From: Chrysomallon squamiferum
Lineage: Eukaryota > Animalia > Mollusca
Length of the DNA stretch: 64,000 nt
NCBI GenBank assembly: GCA_012295275.1
Contig: CM022667.1
Coordinates: 19,654,001 to 19,718,000, forward strand
Direction: 5' to 3'
Positions 13,308-26,828 of the stretch are shown here, piece by piece. The notes under the pieces were generated by a model. That model saw only the letters and a list, made by a program, of their open reading frames with translations. It made no database searches and had not been told where the DNA came from. The position numbers and the translations under genes are program-made. The first letter of the stretch is position 1; every line of letters begins with the position of its first letter.

Positions 13308-16300
13308 ATGATGAAGAGTTCATCGAGTGATCAGAATTTGCAGTTCCAGCCACTTGTCATCATTGAGTTTGTGAGAGGAACTAAACAGGCAGCCATTGAA
13401 TGGCTCATATCTCACATCCAGGCTTCAAAACTCGATGGTGGGGCAGAGCTGGATGTTTACACATTGGTTCAGCAACATAATGAGGTGGGATTTACAAAAT
13501 AATAGAACTGTTTGGTCTATATTTTTATTACAAGTTTCTTTATTCCATTTACTAAATTTATTTGTTTTGTGCTTAAGTGTGTAAGAAAATGGATGTAAAT
13601 AGTTTAAGTGAGTGAGAAATATTTTGTGAAATGTTCTGTCATGAAGCCAATCAGTACATTTTTGTTTTCAAAGTAAACTAAACAGTTTCAGTAAATCTGA
13701 AGTCAGATCAGTAAGTTTCTGTTTTGAAACTAAACCAAACACTTTTAATATATCTGCAGTCAAATCAGTAAGTTTGTTTTTGAAACTAAATATTTTTGAT
13801 AAATCCAAAGTCAAATCAGTAAGTTTTCCTTTTGAAACTAAATATCTGTAATACACCTGAACTTGAATCAGTAAGTTTGTTTTGAAACTAAACTAAATAG
13901 TTTAAGAATCTCTGAATCAACTCAGTAAGTTTGTTTTCAAACTAAATAGTGTAACCGAAGTCAAATCAGTAAGTTTTTGAAACTAAACCAACTGGTTTCA
14001 GTAGGTCTGACGTCAGATATGGAAGTTTTTGTTTACAAACTGAACTGGATGGTTTCAGAATGTCAAAGACAAATCAGTGTTTAGTTAAATGTAATTCTGA
14101 TGTTATTTCTTTTCAGACTGATACCAATACTGACAATGCGGTAAGACACGCAAAGCATTGCCTGTATCTAAACTCTTGTATCTACATTAAAATAATTTTT
14201 TATTTGCTTTCTTGTTCAAGGATCTGTTAATTTTTTTTATATTTTTTATTTTATTTTTTGTATATGATTCAGAAACAACGCATGAGCTGTAGTAACAACC
14301 TGACACTGCATTTTTATTTTTTAAAATAAAATCTTGAGCTTTGTGTTCAAATTATTACCTCTTGTATGTTATCACCTTTGTTGGTACCAGAAATGTTTAA
14401 TACTTTTCATTCACTTTAAAATGAGATCTGTTTTTTCCAGTTTTTCTTAGTTATTTTTATGAAAATAAATATGTATGAATTGCATTTTCACATAGCTTTT
14501 GTTTATTATTTTTACATTAATTAGAAAATTAATATCTTGCTAATTGTATTTCCCATTTTCTTTTTTAATGACCTCCCTACACACCATTTTTCACTATCCA
14601 TGCTGAGCACACAAAAAAAATCTTATGAGAATTTTTTGCACAAGCAAACCTTTCCTGGTTTAATAGTAGTTAGTTTGTTCTGTGAAGCATGCAACAGTTA
14701 GATCTGTTTTTACATAATCTGTACTTTCTCCTGTAATCAGTAGTTTCCATGTTGTTTTTCAGTCATTAATCAAACTTGCTATGTTTATCTGCATATTTAT
14801 TTTAATCAAATGTGTTGCTTCAATAAGTGTACAATTTAATTAATAATAAAATTATAATATTCACCATTTTTTGTCTGTGAATACTAAGATTTCTTTACTT
14901 ACCTGTATATTTTAATAATTGTATTTACTATATTTACATTTGTTCATTAATCAAAGTTACTATGCTTGTATATTTTGTCAGTAATTAAAAAATAACTACA
15001 TTTACTATATGTAATTGTAAACATATTTACTATTTATTTGTTTATCTAGATAACAGAAAAAATTAGTGTTTATTTTATATATTTAAAAACCATATTTACT
15101 ATTATCTAGATAATTATATTAAAATATTTTGTTTACCAATATATATATATCAAGTAATCATATTTACTATTTATTTATCTAGATGAATAATAACATTTTC
15201 TAATCAAATGTACTATGTTTATTTAGTCATCAGTAGATTTTGTCTGTCTGCCTCTTTTTCACTTATATATTTGTTAGATATATCACTGAAAATATAAAGG
15301 ATGGAGTTTTTCTGAATTTTGTTAAGAGGAATACTTAGGCCAGCTATAGGGTTTTTCTGTTACAAGATATGTTTCAATATACAAACATTAATGAATGACA
15401 AAGTAATTTTAGAAAGTAAAGCCATGGTAAATTTAATTTCATGCAGGCAGGCAGGCAAAAGTTTACTGTATCATCAGCTGAATCTGGCTGGTAAGTTTGG
15501 CAAGAGTAATTCCAAAATAATTATAATGTTACAAATGTGGAGTGAGGAAAAAAAAAAAAGGAATTAACAAATTATTAAAAAAAATAACCATCAAAAACAG
15601 AAGAAGAAAAGAAGAAAGAACCTTTCCTTTATGATTGTAAAAACAACTAGTTTGTACTAATACCATATTTCAAATTAAAAAGTTTGAGAAGTCAATTTCA
15701 ATACAGATGCATCACTAAGTTTCTAGAACCCTTGTTCCAAACAATTTCCAGATTAATGTTTTTTTCGGTACCAAAGGAGGTCAAATCAGAATAATTCAAC
15801 AACACTTTTCTGAGCTATTAGGTATATATTTATATATTTTTATAATTCATTTATTTATTTATTTTTTTAAGAAAAGGTTCCTGACCATCATTGCCAAGAA
15901 AATAAATTGTTAACAAAATACATGTTCACTATTTTGTAGTCATTAATGTAACAGCTGTAATTCATTTTGCTCCACTTAACTATAAACATTTCTGGGATTT
16001 TTTTTAATAGGAATATATTTATACATTTAATATTTTTGCTAGAGATAGTAACATTTGGTTGAATTATTCTTTCACAATTATATTTTTCTGGATTGTTTTT
16101 AATAATCTATCTCATTCACAAAGCATCAACAACAAGAAGAAAATCAAAACAACACAACCCAAGAAAATTAAACAAGTAATGTAATTAAACAAAGAAAATA
16201 TTAAATAAAGAATGTTTTGTTTTCTTATTTAGGAAACCATTTTGTACATTGGTACAGGCATTAACAACAACAACAACAACAAAATCAAAACAACACAAGA

Positions 16301-18773
16301 AAATTAAACAAATAAGTAACATAATTAAACAAAGAAACTGTTAAATAAAGAATTATTCTTTTTTTTCTTATTTAGGAAACCATTTTGTACATTGGTACAG
16401 GCATTAACAACAACAACAACAACAAAATCAAAACAACACAAGAAAATTAAACAAATAAGTAACATAATTAAACAAAGAAAATGTTAAATAAAATTTTTTT
16501 TTTTTTCTTTTAGGAAACCATTTTTTTTTTTTTTTTTGCAGCAGAAATGATGCATATGAAACCATTTTGTACATTGAATTTGCAGGCATTGAATCGGGTT
16601 CTGATTGATAAAAATCAGCAGAAATGATGCATATGAAGAAAAACACTTAAATTCACACTGATGGTTACATGCATGAATTTATTGTCATGTAGAGATATTC
16701 TAGATTTAGAATGTTTTAAAGGTTCAGGTACTGTGATAAAAATCAGATATTAAAGTATAATCAGTTTATTTAAAGTATATCATTACTAATTATGTAGAGT
16801 TATTCAAGCAGAGTTATTCTAGATTTGTATAAATTACAATTACTGATTTATAGAAAAATTATGTTTAAAGATTTACCTACTGATTATGTAGAGTTATTCC
16901 ATTTTAAAATATGTGTTGTATTTGAATTATGTAGAGATATTCTAGATTTAAAGTATATTATTACTAATTATGTAGATTATTCTAGATTTGTATATCATTA
17001 CTGATTATGAGATATTCTAGATTTACTAATTAGTATATTCTAGATTACTAATCATTACTAATTAGAGTTATTCTAGATTTAAAGTATATTATTACTAATT
17101 ATGTTGAGTTATTCTAGATTTAAAGTATATTATTACTAATTATGTTGAGTTATTCTAGATTTAAAGTAAATCATTACTGATTATGTAGAGTTATTCTAGA
17201 TTTAAAGTATATCATTACTAATTATGTAGAGTTATTCTAGATTTAGAGTATATCATTACTGATTATGTAGAGTTATTCTAGATTTAAAGTATATCATTAC
17301 TAATTATGTAGAGTTATTCTAGATTTAGAGTAAATCATTACTGATTATGTAGAGTTATTCTATTACTAATTATGTAGAGTTATTTAATTATGTAGAGTTT
17401 TATTTATTATTACTAATTATGTTGAGTTATTCTAGATTTAGAGTAAATCATTACTGATTATGTAGAGTTATTCTAGATTTAAAAATTTTACTAATTATTA
17501 TTCTAGATTTAGAGTAAATAATTATGATTATTGAGTTATTCTAGATTTAAAAGTGTAGAGTTATCATTTAGTATAAATGATTATGTAGAGTTATTCTAGA
17601 TTTAAAGTATATCATTACTGATTATGTTGAGTTATTCTAGATTTAAAGTATATCATTACTGATTATGTAGAGTTATTCTAGATTTAAAGTTTATTATTAC
17701 TAATTATGTTGAGTTATTCTAGATTTAAAGTATATCATTACTGATTATGTAGAGTTATTCTAGATTTAAAGTATATCATTACTGATTATGTAGAGTTATT
17801 CTAGATTTAAGGTATATCATTACTAATTATGTAGAGTTATTATGGATTAAAAGTATATTATTACTAATTAGGTGGAGTTATTCTAGATATAAAGTATATA
17901 TTATTTTCATGTGATTTCTACAGGTGATATCTCGACATTTTTCACATCGGCAGAGAAACAGAAGATAATTCTTAAAGAGCTGAACAGTATTCGTGCTACT
18001 GAGACTGAACATCACATCCCAGGATATGAGCATCACAAGCTGTATCCTGGGAAAAGCCTCAGTAAGTTTTATCCTTTCTGTTCATGAATATATTCAGATT
18101 TAACAAGACTGACGGTAAGACTACTTTTTAAAAGTAAAATGAGTTTGTATTACAGAAAAAAGTATGTAGATCTAACATATATTATTTATTTGTATTTACA
18201 GTAAAGGTGTATTTGAACTTTGTAAAGTTTCTCTAGATTTAAAGTATATAATTTGGTTACTGTAAATCTAATGTACATTGTTTGATTGTATTTACAGTAA
18301 AGTTGTATTTAAACAATGTTAAGTTTCTCTAGATTTAAAGTTATTTTGTTACTGTAGATCTAAAGTATATTATGTGATTGTATTTACAGAAAAAGTGTAT
18401 TTGAACAAGTTTCTCTAGATACAAAGTATATTATTTTGTTACTATAAATCTAAAGTACATTATTCTATTGTATTTACAGTAAAAGTGTATTTGAGCTGTA
18501 AGATTATTCTGCAGATGTTTCCCCTGCATGAAGAACGCTTGATCAAAGAGCTTGGAAATGACTGGTACAAGCCCAACAAATGTCTCACTGTTCAGCCTAT
18601 TAGTGTGTATTATAGCTGTTATTTGTTATTTGTACTATAGTGATTATTACTTATACGTATAACACAATCTTCATATATCTATGAATCCATCTATGGAAAG
18701 CAGCATCTGTGTCATAGCCTATATTACAACTTGTACATACACATCACAGCCTTTAGGTTCTTTATAAATAATA

Positions 18774-18804
<31 letters not shown>

Positions 18805-21800
18805 AACAACCTGTACAAAATACACATATTGCAAAGCCTGTAGGTACTTAAACTGATATATCACTTTTTAAATATTGTGATGTGTGTGAGAGTGAATGAA
18901 TGAATGAATGTATGTTTATGTATGTCTGTGTGTCAATGACAACTCAAAGGTATAATAAAATGCATATTATTTTTGTTTTTTAAGAATTTAAAAAAACAAA
19001 AACATTGTTAGTTTTAAACCCTGCATGTGTGTGTATGTGTGTAGAAATATATACACTATAGTGTTTGTACAAAATTTTGAACATTACTTTCAGGGAAAAT
19101 CCAGCAGTATTTTGGTGAAAAGATAGGACTGTATTTTGCATTTCTGGGATTTTACACTGTCTCGCTGATTCCACCTGCACTCATTGGCGTCATCTACTTC
19201 ATTACCTCGTGGCACAGTGTCTACCGCGAAGCCATTTTTGCCGTCTTCAACCTCATTTGGACAACGTTGTTCTTGGAGGCTTGGAAGAGACACTGCTCTG
19301 AGTTGTGTTTCCACTGGGGAACCATGCATTCAGTTGTGAGAAAATATGAAGAACCAAGACCAGACTTTTTTGGCGAGATTGGAAAAAACCCTGTAACTGG
19401 CAAAGCAGAACCAGTTTTTCCTAAATGGCAACGACGTGCTCGATTTTACTTTGTGAGCGTCCCTGTTACTTTAGTTTTCATGTGCATTTGTCTGTTTATG
19501 ATGTTTGCGTACTTCTGGATGCAGAACTGGGCAGATGTGATGTATGCTAAAAACAAAGGAATGGTAACATATCTCACAGTCTTTCTCCCCTCTGTCATCT
19601 ACACAGTTGTTATTGCTATACTGAATGGAATCTACAGAAATATTGCTAAAATGCTTAATGATTTTGGTAAGTTGTTGAAAAGAAAAACAATTCTGAAAAG
19701 TGAAATTTGTAGTTTTTTGAGTAAAATGTTACATGTATTGTAATAATTTGTTACTGATTTTCTGTGTTTTTGTTTTAGAAAACCATCGACTGCAGTCGTC
19801 CTATGAGAATCATCTCATTCTGAAATTAATTCTAGTGAGTAAAACAAAACCAGTCAAATGGAAAGTGCTGTTAATACAGATCTAAGAATAAATTACATTT
19901 TTGAAACAACAGCTTTAATAAAAACAGCAGTTAAAAAAAGAAAAGAAAGAAAGAAATTACACTTTAATTATTTTGATATAATTTGTGATAAAAAGAATTA
20001 GTAATTGTAATAATATTATAAACACTTTTTCTAAAATTCAAAAATGTGACTGAAATGATTAATTATTTTATTTATTTAATACAAAGAGAATAATCTTTAT
20101 ATATGTAATATTTCTTTTCATTTCAGTTTGATTTTGTAAATTGTTTCTCGTCTTTGTTCTATGTGGCCTTCTATCTTCAAAATCGAGATATGCTAAGAAA
20201 TGTAAGTAAAATTATTTTTTTAAATTTAACTAAAAACAATTTGTGTTAATATCATTCGATATAAATAAAGTTTGTTTTAATTGCAGCAACTGGCTTGTTT
20301 GTTAATAACATCCCAAATAATTGGTCAAATAAGGGAAGCTATGGTGCCATTTTTTTTTGTCAAATACCGATCAAAGCAACTTGAGAAAGCAATGAAGAAG
20401 GTTGAAAGCTTGATAAGCACAGGTGGTAGTCACATCATTGATCACAACATCCAGAAACAAGCAAGTCTTGAGGCAGTAATGGATCACTTTGAGGCAATTG
20501 AAATCTTTAAATAATTATCTTTATGATTTAAAAATGTTAAGTAGTACTGTGTTCATGTGATTAGATTAAACATGGATGAAATTACGATATTCATACACAT
20601 GATTTACTAAATATGTTCTTATTCAGTACATAGTACATATATATATATACAGAAAAATCTTTTCTAACTTTCCATTTCATTGAAAAGAACAAACACTTTC
20701 CAACTTTTTATTTATATATCTGTCAATCTTCTTTGTGTGTAAATTTGAAATAAATATTTTAATTAATTAAAACAAAATTGGTGTGTTCTCCTTGTTCAGG
20801 GCACTATAGACGACTACCTAGAATTGTTTGTCCAGTTTGGTTATGTCTTCCTCTTTTCATCTGCTTACCCTCTGGCAGCTCTGTGGGCCCTGCTCAACAA
20901 CGTCACCGAGATTCGAGCAGACGCTTTCAAAATGTGTCTCATCTTTCAGCGGCCATTTTCTGAATCCGCTTCTAGTATTGGAGCTTGGCAGGTGAACTAA
21001 CCGAAACTTAATCAACCTAACTTCATTGTTTATGTTTTCAAAAACAGAAATGTACTTTCTATAATATCTGTTAATGCTAATAAGCTATGAAAGGAGCAAA
21101 AATGTTCTAAACCTTAGTTCTTTAAAATGTGTATGTATATTGTGTAAAAATATATTTTATATTGTGAGTTACATATTAAATTATATGTAATGATTATGGT
21201 GAGATATTGACATATTTTTATTATTTATAATATGTCAGATTATCTATAATACATGTCAGGAAATGAATAGTTAAATATTAAGTATATTTACATGACATAC
21301 AGTGTGAAGTATATTAAAGATATGGATGACAGATAGTGTATAATATATTAAGTACATATAATTTAGGTCAGATTGTGTTTACATGTCACACAACATATAG
21401 TATTTACATGTCTGTTAGTGTATAATATATTAACTATTTTTATTTACATGTCAAAATAGTGTGTAATCTATTATATATTGATGTTTACATGTTGGTAGTG
21501 TATTGTATGTTACATGTAATATTAACAGACTGCATTTGAAGTGATTGGCTTGGTGTCTGTGATTACTAACTGTGCGCTGATAGGAATGGATCCAGAAGTA
21601 CAGAAGTTGATCCCTGCCACTATAACCACAGCTACCATGGTGCTTATTTTTGTTGCTATAGAAGTAAGTATACTGATATGGTTGGTTTTTCTTCCTTCCT
21701 TTTTTAAAATTGTTTTTTTTTTAAAATAAATTGTAGAAAAAATATATGTAAACCAAATGTAATACGAATATGCATAAAAAATGCACATTACTTTCTAAAT

Positions 21801-22465
21801 GAGAAACAAGTTGATGATTCAGATCTATTTTCATATTTCAGTTTTAGTTATGGACTGATGTATGTTGAATAAAAGGTCAATTTATGGATCGTTATATTAA
21901 TTTACTTCACAGATCATTTCATTATACAAAAACAGAATTGCTTGCATCACTTTATAATATGAATCTCTTGACAATGTCATTTTTTCAGTGTGTGATCAAT
22001 ATTCATGCAAGTTTTTTATTACAGCATTTAGTGTTGGTTATGAAGGCTTCTATTGCACACTTCATCCCAGACTGGCCAAAATGGGTGGAAATCGAGTTAG
22101 CCAAAATAGAGTACAAGGCTGGACAAGCTGCAATTAAAGAGGTGAGACATGATAAATTAAGTAGATTTGAAAATGGTCACTAAATGGTTACAGGTCAGTC
22201 AATCCCTGTATAATCACATGATATCATATATCAATCAATATTGTTATAAAATAATAATAATTAAAATGTACGATATTCCTGAAATCTTCAGTAAAACTGA
22301 ATCATAAGAATTTATCAAAATTATGTTTTTCATTTCTGCATAATCTTTGACTAGTTATTACTATATAATTTTTTTTTTTTGTCTTTTAGATTAATCTGCC
22401 TGTTTTTCAAAACAAAATAGCTTTTAATTAACAAGTACATTCAAGGGGTTAGAGCCAGGTCTTAA

Positions 22466-22497
<32 letters not shown>

Positions 22498-22594
22498 AAC
22501 CCCTTGAATTATTTATTATTTTTTTCAAAATGTCTGTTAAGACCCAACCAGCAATTAAACACTAAAGAAATAACTTTGAATATGTGTGTGTATG

Positions 22595-22668
<74 letters not shown>

Positions 22669-23148
22669 GACAGATGTCAACTGCAAGTAATTTATCAAAG
22701 TAAATGTAGTTCCATCCCAAAAAGCTATATTTTTGGTCAGTGCAAAAATACAGAAATTTGTTTAGTCATGTGAGTACAGTGATAATCAGTAATAACTCAC
22801 AGTTTTTCTGTCTACACAAGTCAGTAGCTGCACTGTTTAACTGTAAGATCAACTTTAGGTTTTCATTATCTCATTTTCCACTTCAACAAAGTAGCCAGAC
22901 AAGTTAGAAGATAGTCTTTGTAATTTTTTATTTCATTTTTAGAGGCAAAATAAAATGTTAATTAATATTATTTAATAAAATTGTGTTTTATTTTATTTTT
23001 TTTTTTTTTTTTTTTAATTTATCATTTTTATTATTATTTTATTTATTTATTTATTTTTTTTTTTTTTTTACAGAGGATAGCAGCTTCAAAGGATAAGAAA
23101 GAATTGATCCATAAATTATTTTCATCAAACAAAATCCATGCTCACTAA
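13308..23148 (+). CDS. ANO10: Anoctamin-10 / TMEM16K (Ca2+-activated scramblase), about 667 aa, 12 coding exons; coding exon 2 is disrupted in this assembly
   Basis: Exons: 13308-13484, about 16514-16727 (scrambled), 17924-18061, 18480-18602, 19094-19666, 19779-19834, 20127-20201, 20287-20493 (GC donor), 20800-20991, 21529-21663, 22025-22141, 23074-23148. Phases are consistent. Motifs include [72 protein letters not shown] and IPDWPKWV. Confidence 0.92.
13650..14080. repeat. Degenerate tandem repeat of about 45-52 bp (gtcaaatcagtaagtttgttttgaaactaaa)
   Basis: About 8 copies in the ANO10 intron after the first coding exon. Confidence 0.85.
16125..16525 (+). repeat. About 140-bp tandem triplication containing an ANO10 splice acceptor and exon start
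   Basis: tttagGAAACCATTTT occurs three times, with the AG at 16231-32, 16374-75 and 16512-13. Confidence 0.9.
16770..17900. repeat. 41-bp minisatellite (ttattctagatttaaagtatatcattactgattatgtagag), about 25-27 copies, filling an ANO10 intron
   Basis: Unit starts at 17191 and 17232 are 41 bp apart. Copies are near-identical, with some scrambled ones. Confidence 0.95.
18140..18500 (+). repeat. About 92-bp tandem repeat containing an ANO10 splice acceptor and exon start
   Basis: tgtatttacag followed by the exon start recurs with the AG ending at 18201, 18297, 18389 and 18479, plus a partial copy near 18150. Confidence 0.9.
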
Positions 23149-25930
23149 TGTGAACTAGGTGATCTGAATTTATATTTCTCTTACTGCCATTGTACAATAT
23201 ATCCTTCTATAGTAACCTATATATTGAAGTATTATCTTAAAAAATCCATTGTGTCATAATATTATAATAATATATATTACAATATTACAATAATCTATAA
23301 TCTTTTTACAGTATTGCATAATATCTTGTTACAATATTTAAATATATTATAGAACCTCTAATTAAAATTTACATTTGAATACTGTTTTGTTTTCATTTGT
23401 TTGTAAGAATTCTATATTGTTTACCTCATTATTTGTCATGACTTTTTTCGATCTCTTGTTTCTGTGTAATTTCTGACATTTTGTTGAAATTTTAGATTTT
23501 TTATTAGTAATACAGTGCATCAAAATTCAAGTCTGACGTTTAACTGAAGTTAAATAATTAGAACTGCAGTTAAAATATTACACATTTCTCTTCTACACTG
23601 CTCTAATTAATTGCTATAAAAATATATAGTCATGAAATTTGTGCAGTTTTTGTCTTTAATTTTTGGTGAATAACTTAGATTTTGCATTTCATAATAGAGA
23701 TCCTCTTGGATTCTTCTTCTTTTGAGAAAACTCTAAACTGACCATCATACAAAAAAGTAGATTTACCTATTCTAATAATTATATTATATTATGGATTGAC
23801 AAACACAAGTGGCCTATATTCTGAATAGCACTGGTTACAAAATATAAATTTAATTTCAGAGTTTCTAACAAAAAACAGAATTAAAAAAAGAATAATACTA
23901 ATTTTATTTACCACTTTTTTGTTCCAGAATTCCAAATGATGTGTCCCCTGTTTTTCAGATTTTTTATTTGTTGATTGCAGAAAATAACTGTTAAGATTTT
24001 TTTTTGTGTAGAATATTTCATAAAAGTTGAATAAATGTTTGCTATGTTAACTGCATAATTTTTATTAAAAGAACCTCATATTTCCAATTGACTGCATGAA
24101 ATTATTATATTCGCAGCCATATTAATTTATATTCTACAAGTATTTTACTTTTATTTTGTAATATTTTCATTTTGGTAATAATAATTATCTTTATCAGTGA
24201 TTCCAGTCTATTTAAACAGTTTAATGAACTAGCCTACTAGTCTGAGTATTCAAAACTTTCAATATCCAGCTTCGGTTTTAAATTAATATGAATTTTGTAA
24301 CTCTGGTATCTGTATTAAATTTAATTAATAAATAATAAAGAATTAGATAAGTGCCTTTTAAAAAAATATATTAAAATTTCTGACAACAAAATACAACACA
24401 AATGTGGCCATTCATTTTTATTATTAATTTTTTTTAATTTATATTGTTCTCAGTAAATTTGGGAAACCTTCATTGCAGTGATAGGCAGCAAATCTGTCGT
24501 AATTTATTTATCTACTGTTATTTCTTGTTAATGTTTGTCATGTGTTTCCACCTAGTCATTTGTTTTTCTTTAATTTTGTTAAATCTTTTGATTATTAAGT
24601 TTTCAGTTTGTAACTATGACAACCACTGCACTGTGCATTTGTTTGTTTGGGAATACTGTTATTTATTTATTGTACTTTGTTTGTTTATTTGACATTTCTT
24701 AGTTTATTACAATGCAGTATATTTGACCAAGATGTTGTTTGTTTTTATTTTCTAACCTGTTAATAATGAGGTAACAAACATTTAGTAAATATTTGTGAAA
24801 ACCTGAAAACCTGAAAAAGGAAACAACAGTGGGTAACAAGGAAAAAGATTTTAAATAGAAGGAAAAACGTTTAGGAAACTTTACAGTTGCCTTGTTTTTC
24901 ATTCTTACTTTATTTGAAACAGTATCCATGAGATGTTAACAATTTTTTATATTAATGTACATCAGTACATTTTTCTTTTTATATACTCAAGGTATTAGTT
25001 GCAAGTTTATATGCATAGTTTATCACTTTTGTCCAGGGTATAATGTACAAATATATTACATACAATTGCCGTGTTTTTCAAAGTTAATAAAGTTGATTAT
25101 TAGAACATTTTTGTTGTGTTATAATTAAGGCTTTCTTTTTCTTTTTGTCTAGTTAATTATATTCATGGATAATTGTACATCTTTGGTATAATTTGTTTTG
25201 TAACCCACTAAATCTTTTTAACTAGATCTTCAAAAATTATTTTTGGTGAATCTTAGAAAAAAAGATGAATTCATATTAATAATTAACTGGATTCATCATG
25301 AAAACAAATTTTATAACATAAATAACATGTTCATACAAAATATTACACAGACATCAACAGAATAATTATATTTGCACTTTCTATAGTTAATTTGTTCTTT
25401 TTTTGACTGTGTTTGACAAAACTTTAACTTAAGTGCACCACAATACTAGAATTAAATTTTTATTAGTAATGTCAAATGAGGTCAGTTTTAGTAAACATAT
25501 TTCATTAACAAGACTGGATATTTAATAATAATTACATTTATGTATTCAGATGTGTTGAATAAAGGTAATACTTAAGACAACAGGTTTTTCATAAAACAAC
25601 TGCTGGTTGGTTGTAGGGGAGACTGTCTCAATATTTCTCTAAAGTAATATTCTCAGAAAACTCATAGACGTCTGTATTAACATGGTTAGGCTATTTTGCT
25701 CCTTTATTAAAATATTTAAAAATATATATATATATACATATATATATATTTTAATTATAATTATAATCGACATTAAACTGAATTCATAAAAACAAACAAG
25801 CCACTTAACAATGACACACATAAATATTTAATTTTTCTAATACTGAATCATGCACCCACTTCTGTATTAGACATTTTAGTTAGAAAATCATTAAACCAAT
25901 GAGTAAAATTATTTTAAGTCAATAACATTT

Positions 25931-26796
25931 TCACATATCTGCATTTTTCAATGTCGGTCCTGGGAGTCCAAAGATTTCTGAATGAAATGTCATTGAACCG
26001 TACCACTTAGTGTTTCCATTATTGCTCACCTGACAGTGCAGAGTGAGGGGGTCTCTGTCGTCCTCCCATGTCTCTGTTGTCAGGGTATCCCCCCATGAAC
26101 TTGGCGCACAGTACAACATGGACAACTTTTTTATATGAAACTCGTGAAAACTCGTTGAAATATTAGGATAGAAGTCTTTGTACGACGCCACACTGGCGTT
26201 ATCCAGAAAATACCGAACATATGACGCACATCTCGTCCTCTGTCTCACATCGGCGTCAACAAACGGAACTGTTAAAAGATGAGGGAATGTTTGTGCAGGT
26301 TTCTGCACTGGGAAAACAGTTACTGGCCTTCTGTCGTCCGTCTGCTCTGGAAGATATTTATCGAAATGGTCTCTCCACCAGTCTGGCACGATTTGCTTTG
26401 TGCCATCTTTTCTGTTGAAGAGCACGTAAAGACTTTTCACTCTCACTGACGGTCTCTGCCTGCCACCACAACTTAGTTCTGAAAGAATTGTGAAAGACGA
26501 TTCCCCAATATGTATCAGTTTCATGCACAGGTGTAGGGGAGACTTTGGTGTGGTCAATTCATAAAAATTGCTTCTGACTTCAAGGGTGACTGCTTTGGTT
26601 ATGCTTCCCAGTCCTCTGTTGTACAGAGAGGGATATTTTAAAAATGGAAATTCGTTGAAAAACGAGGCAAACTCTGCACGTCCCATCATGTCATACAGCC
26701 TCCAGATATCTGGCTGTCCTGCAATGAAAATGTCTTTAATCAGATCCGTGACATTTATTAACATAAAAAATATAACTCTGTAAAGAACTGGGCTGC

Positions 26797-26828
<32 letters not shown>

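Noticed and set aside
16770-17900. CRISPR-like array
   Set aside because: The 41-bp units are head-to-tail with no unique spacers, inside a spliceosomal intron of an animal gene. It is a minisatellite.
13308-23148. ANO10 (and likewise ANKRD11/12) as pseudogenes
   Set aside because: Each has a single local lesion in error-prone repeat or homopolymer context, while all other exons and splice sites are intact.
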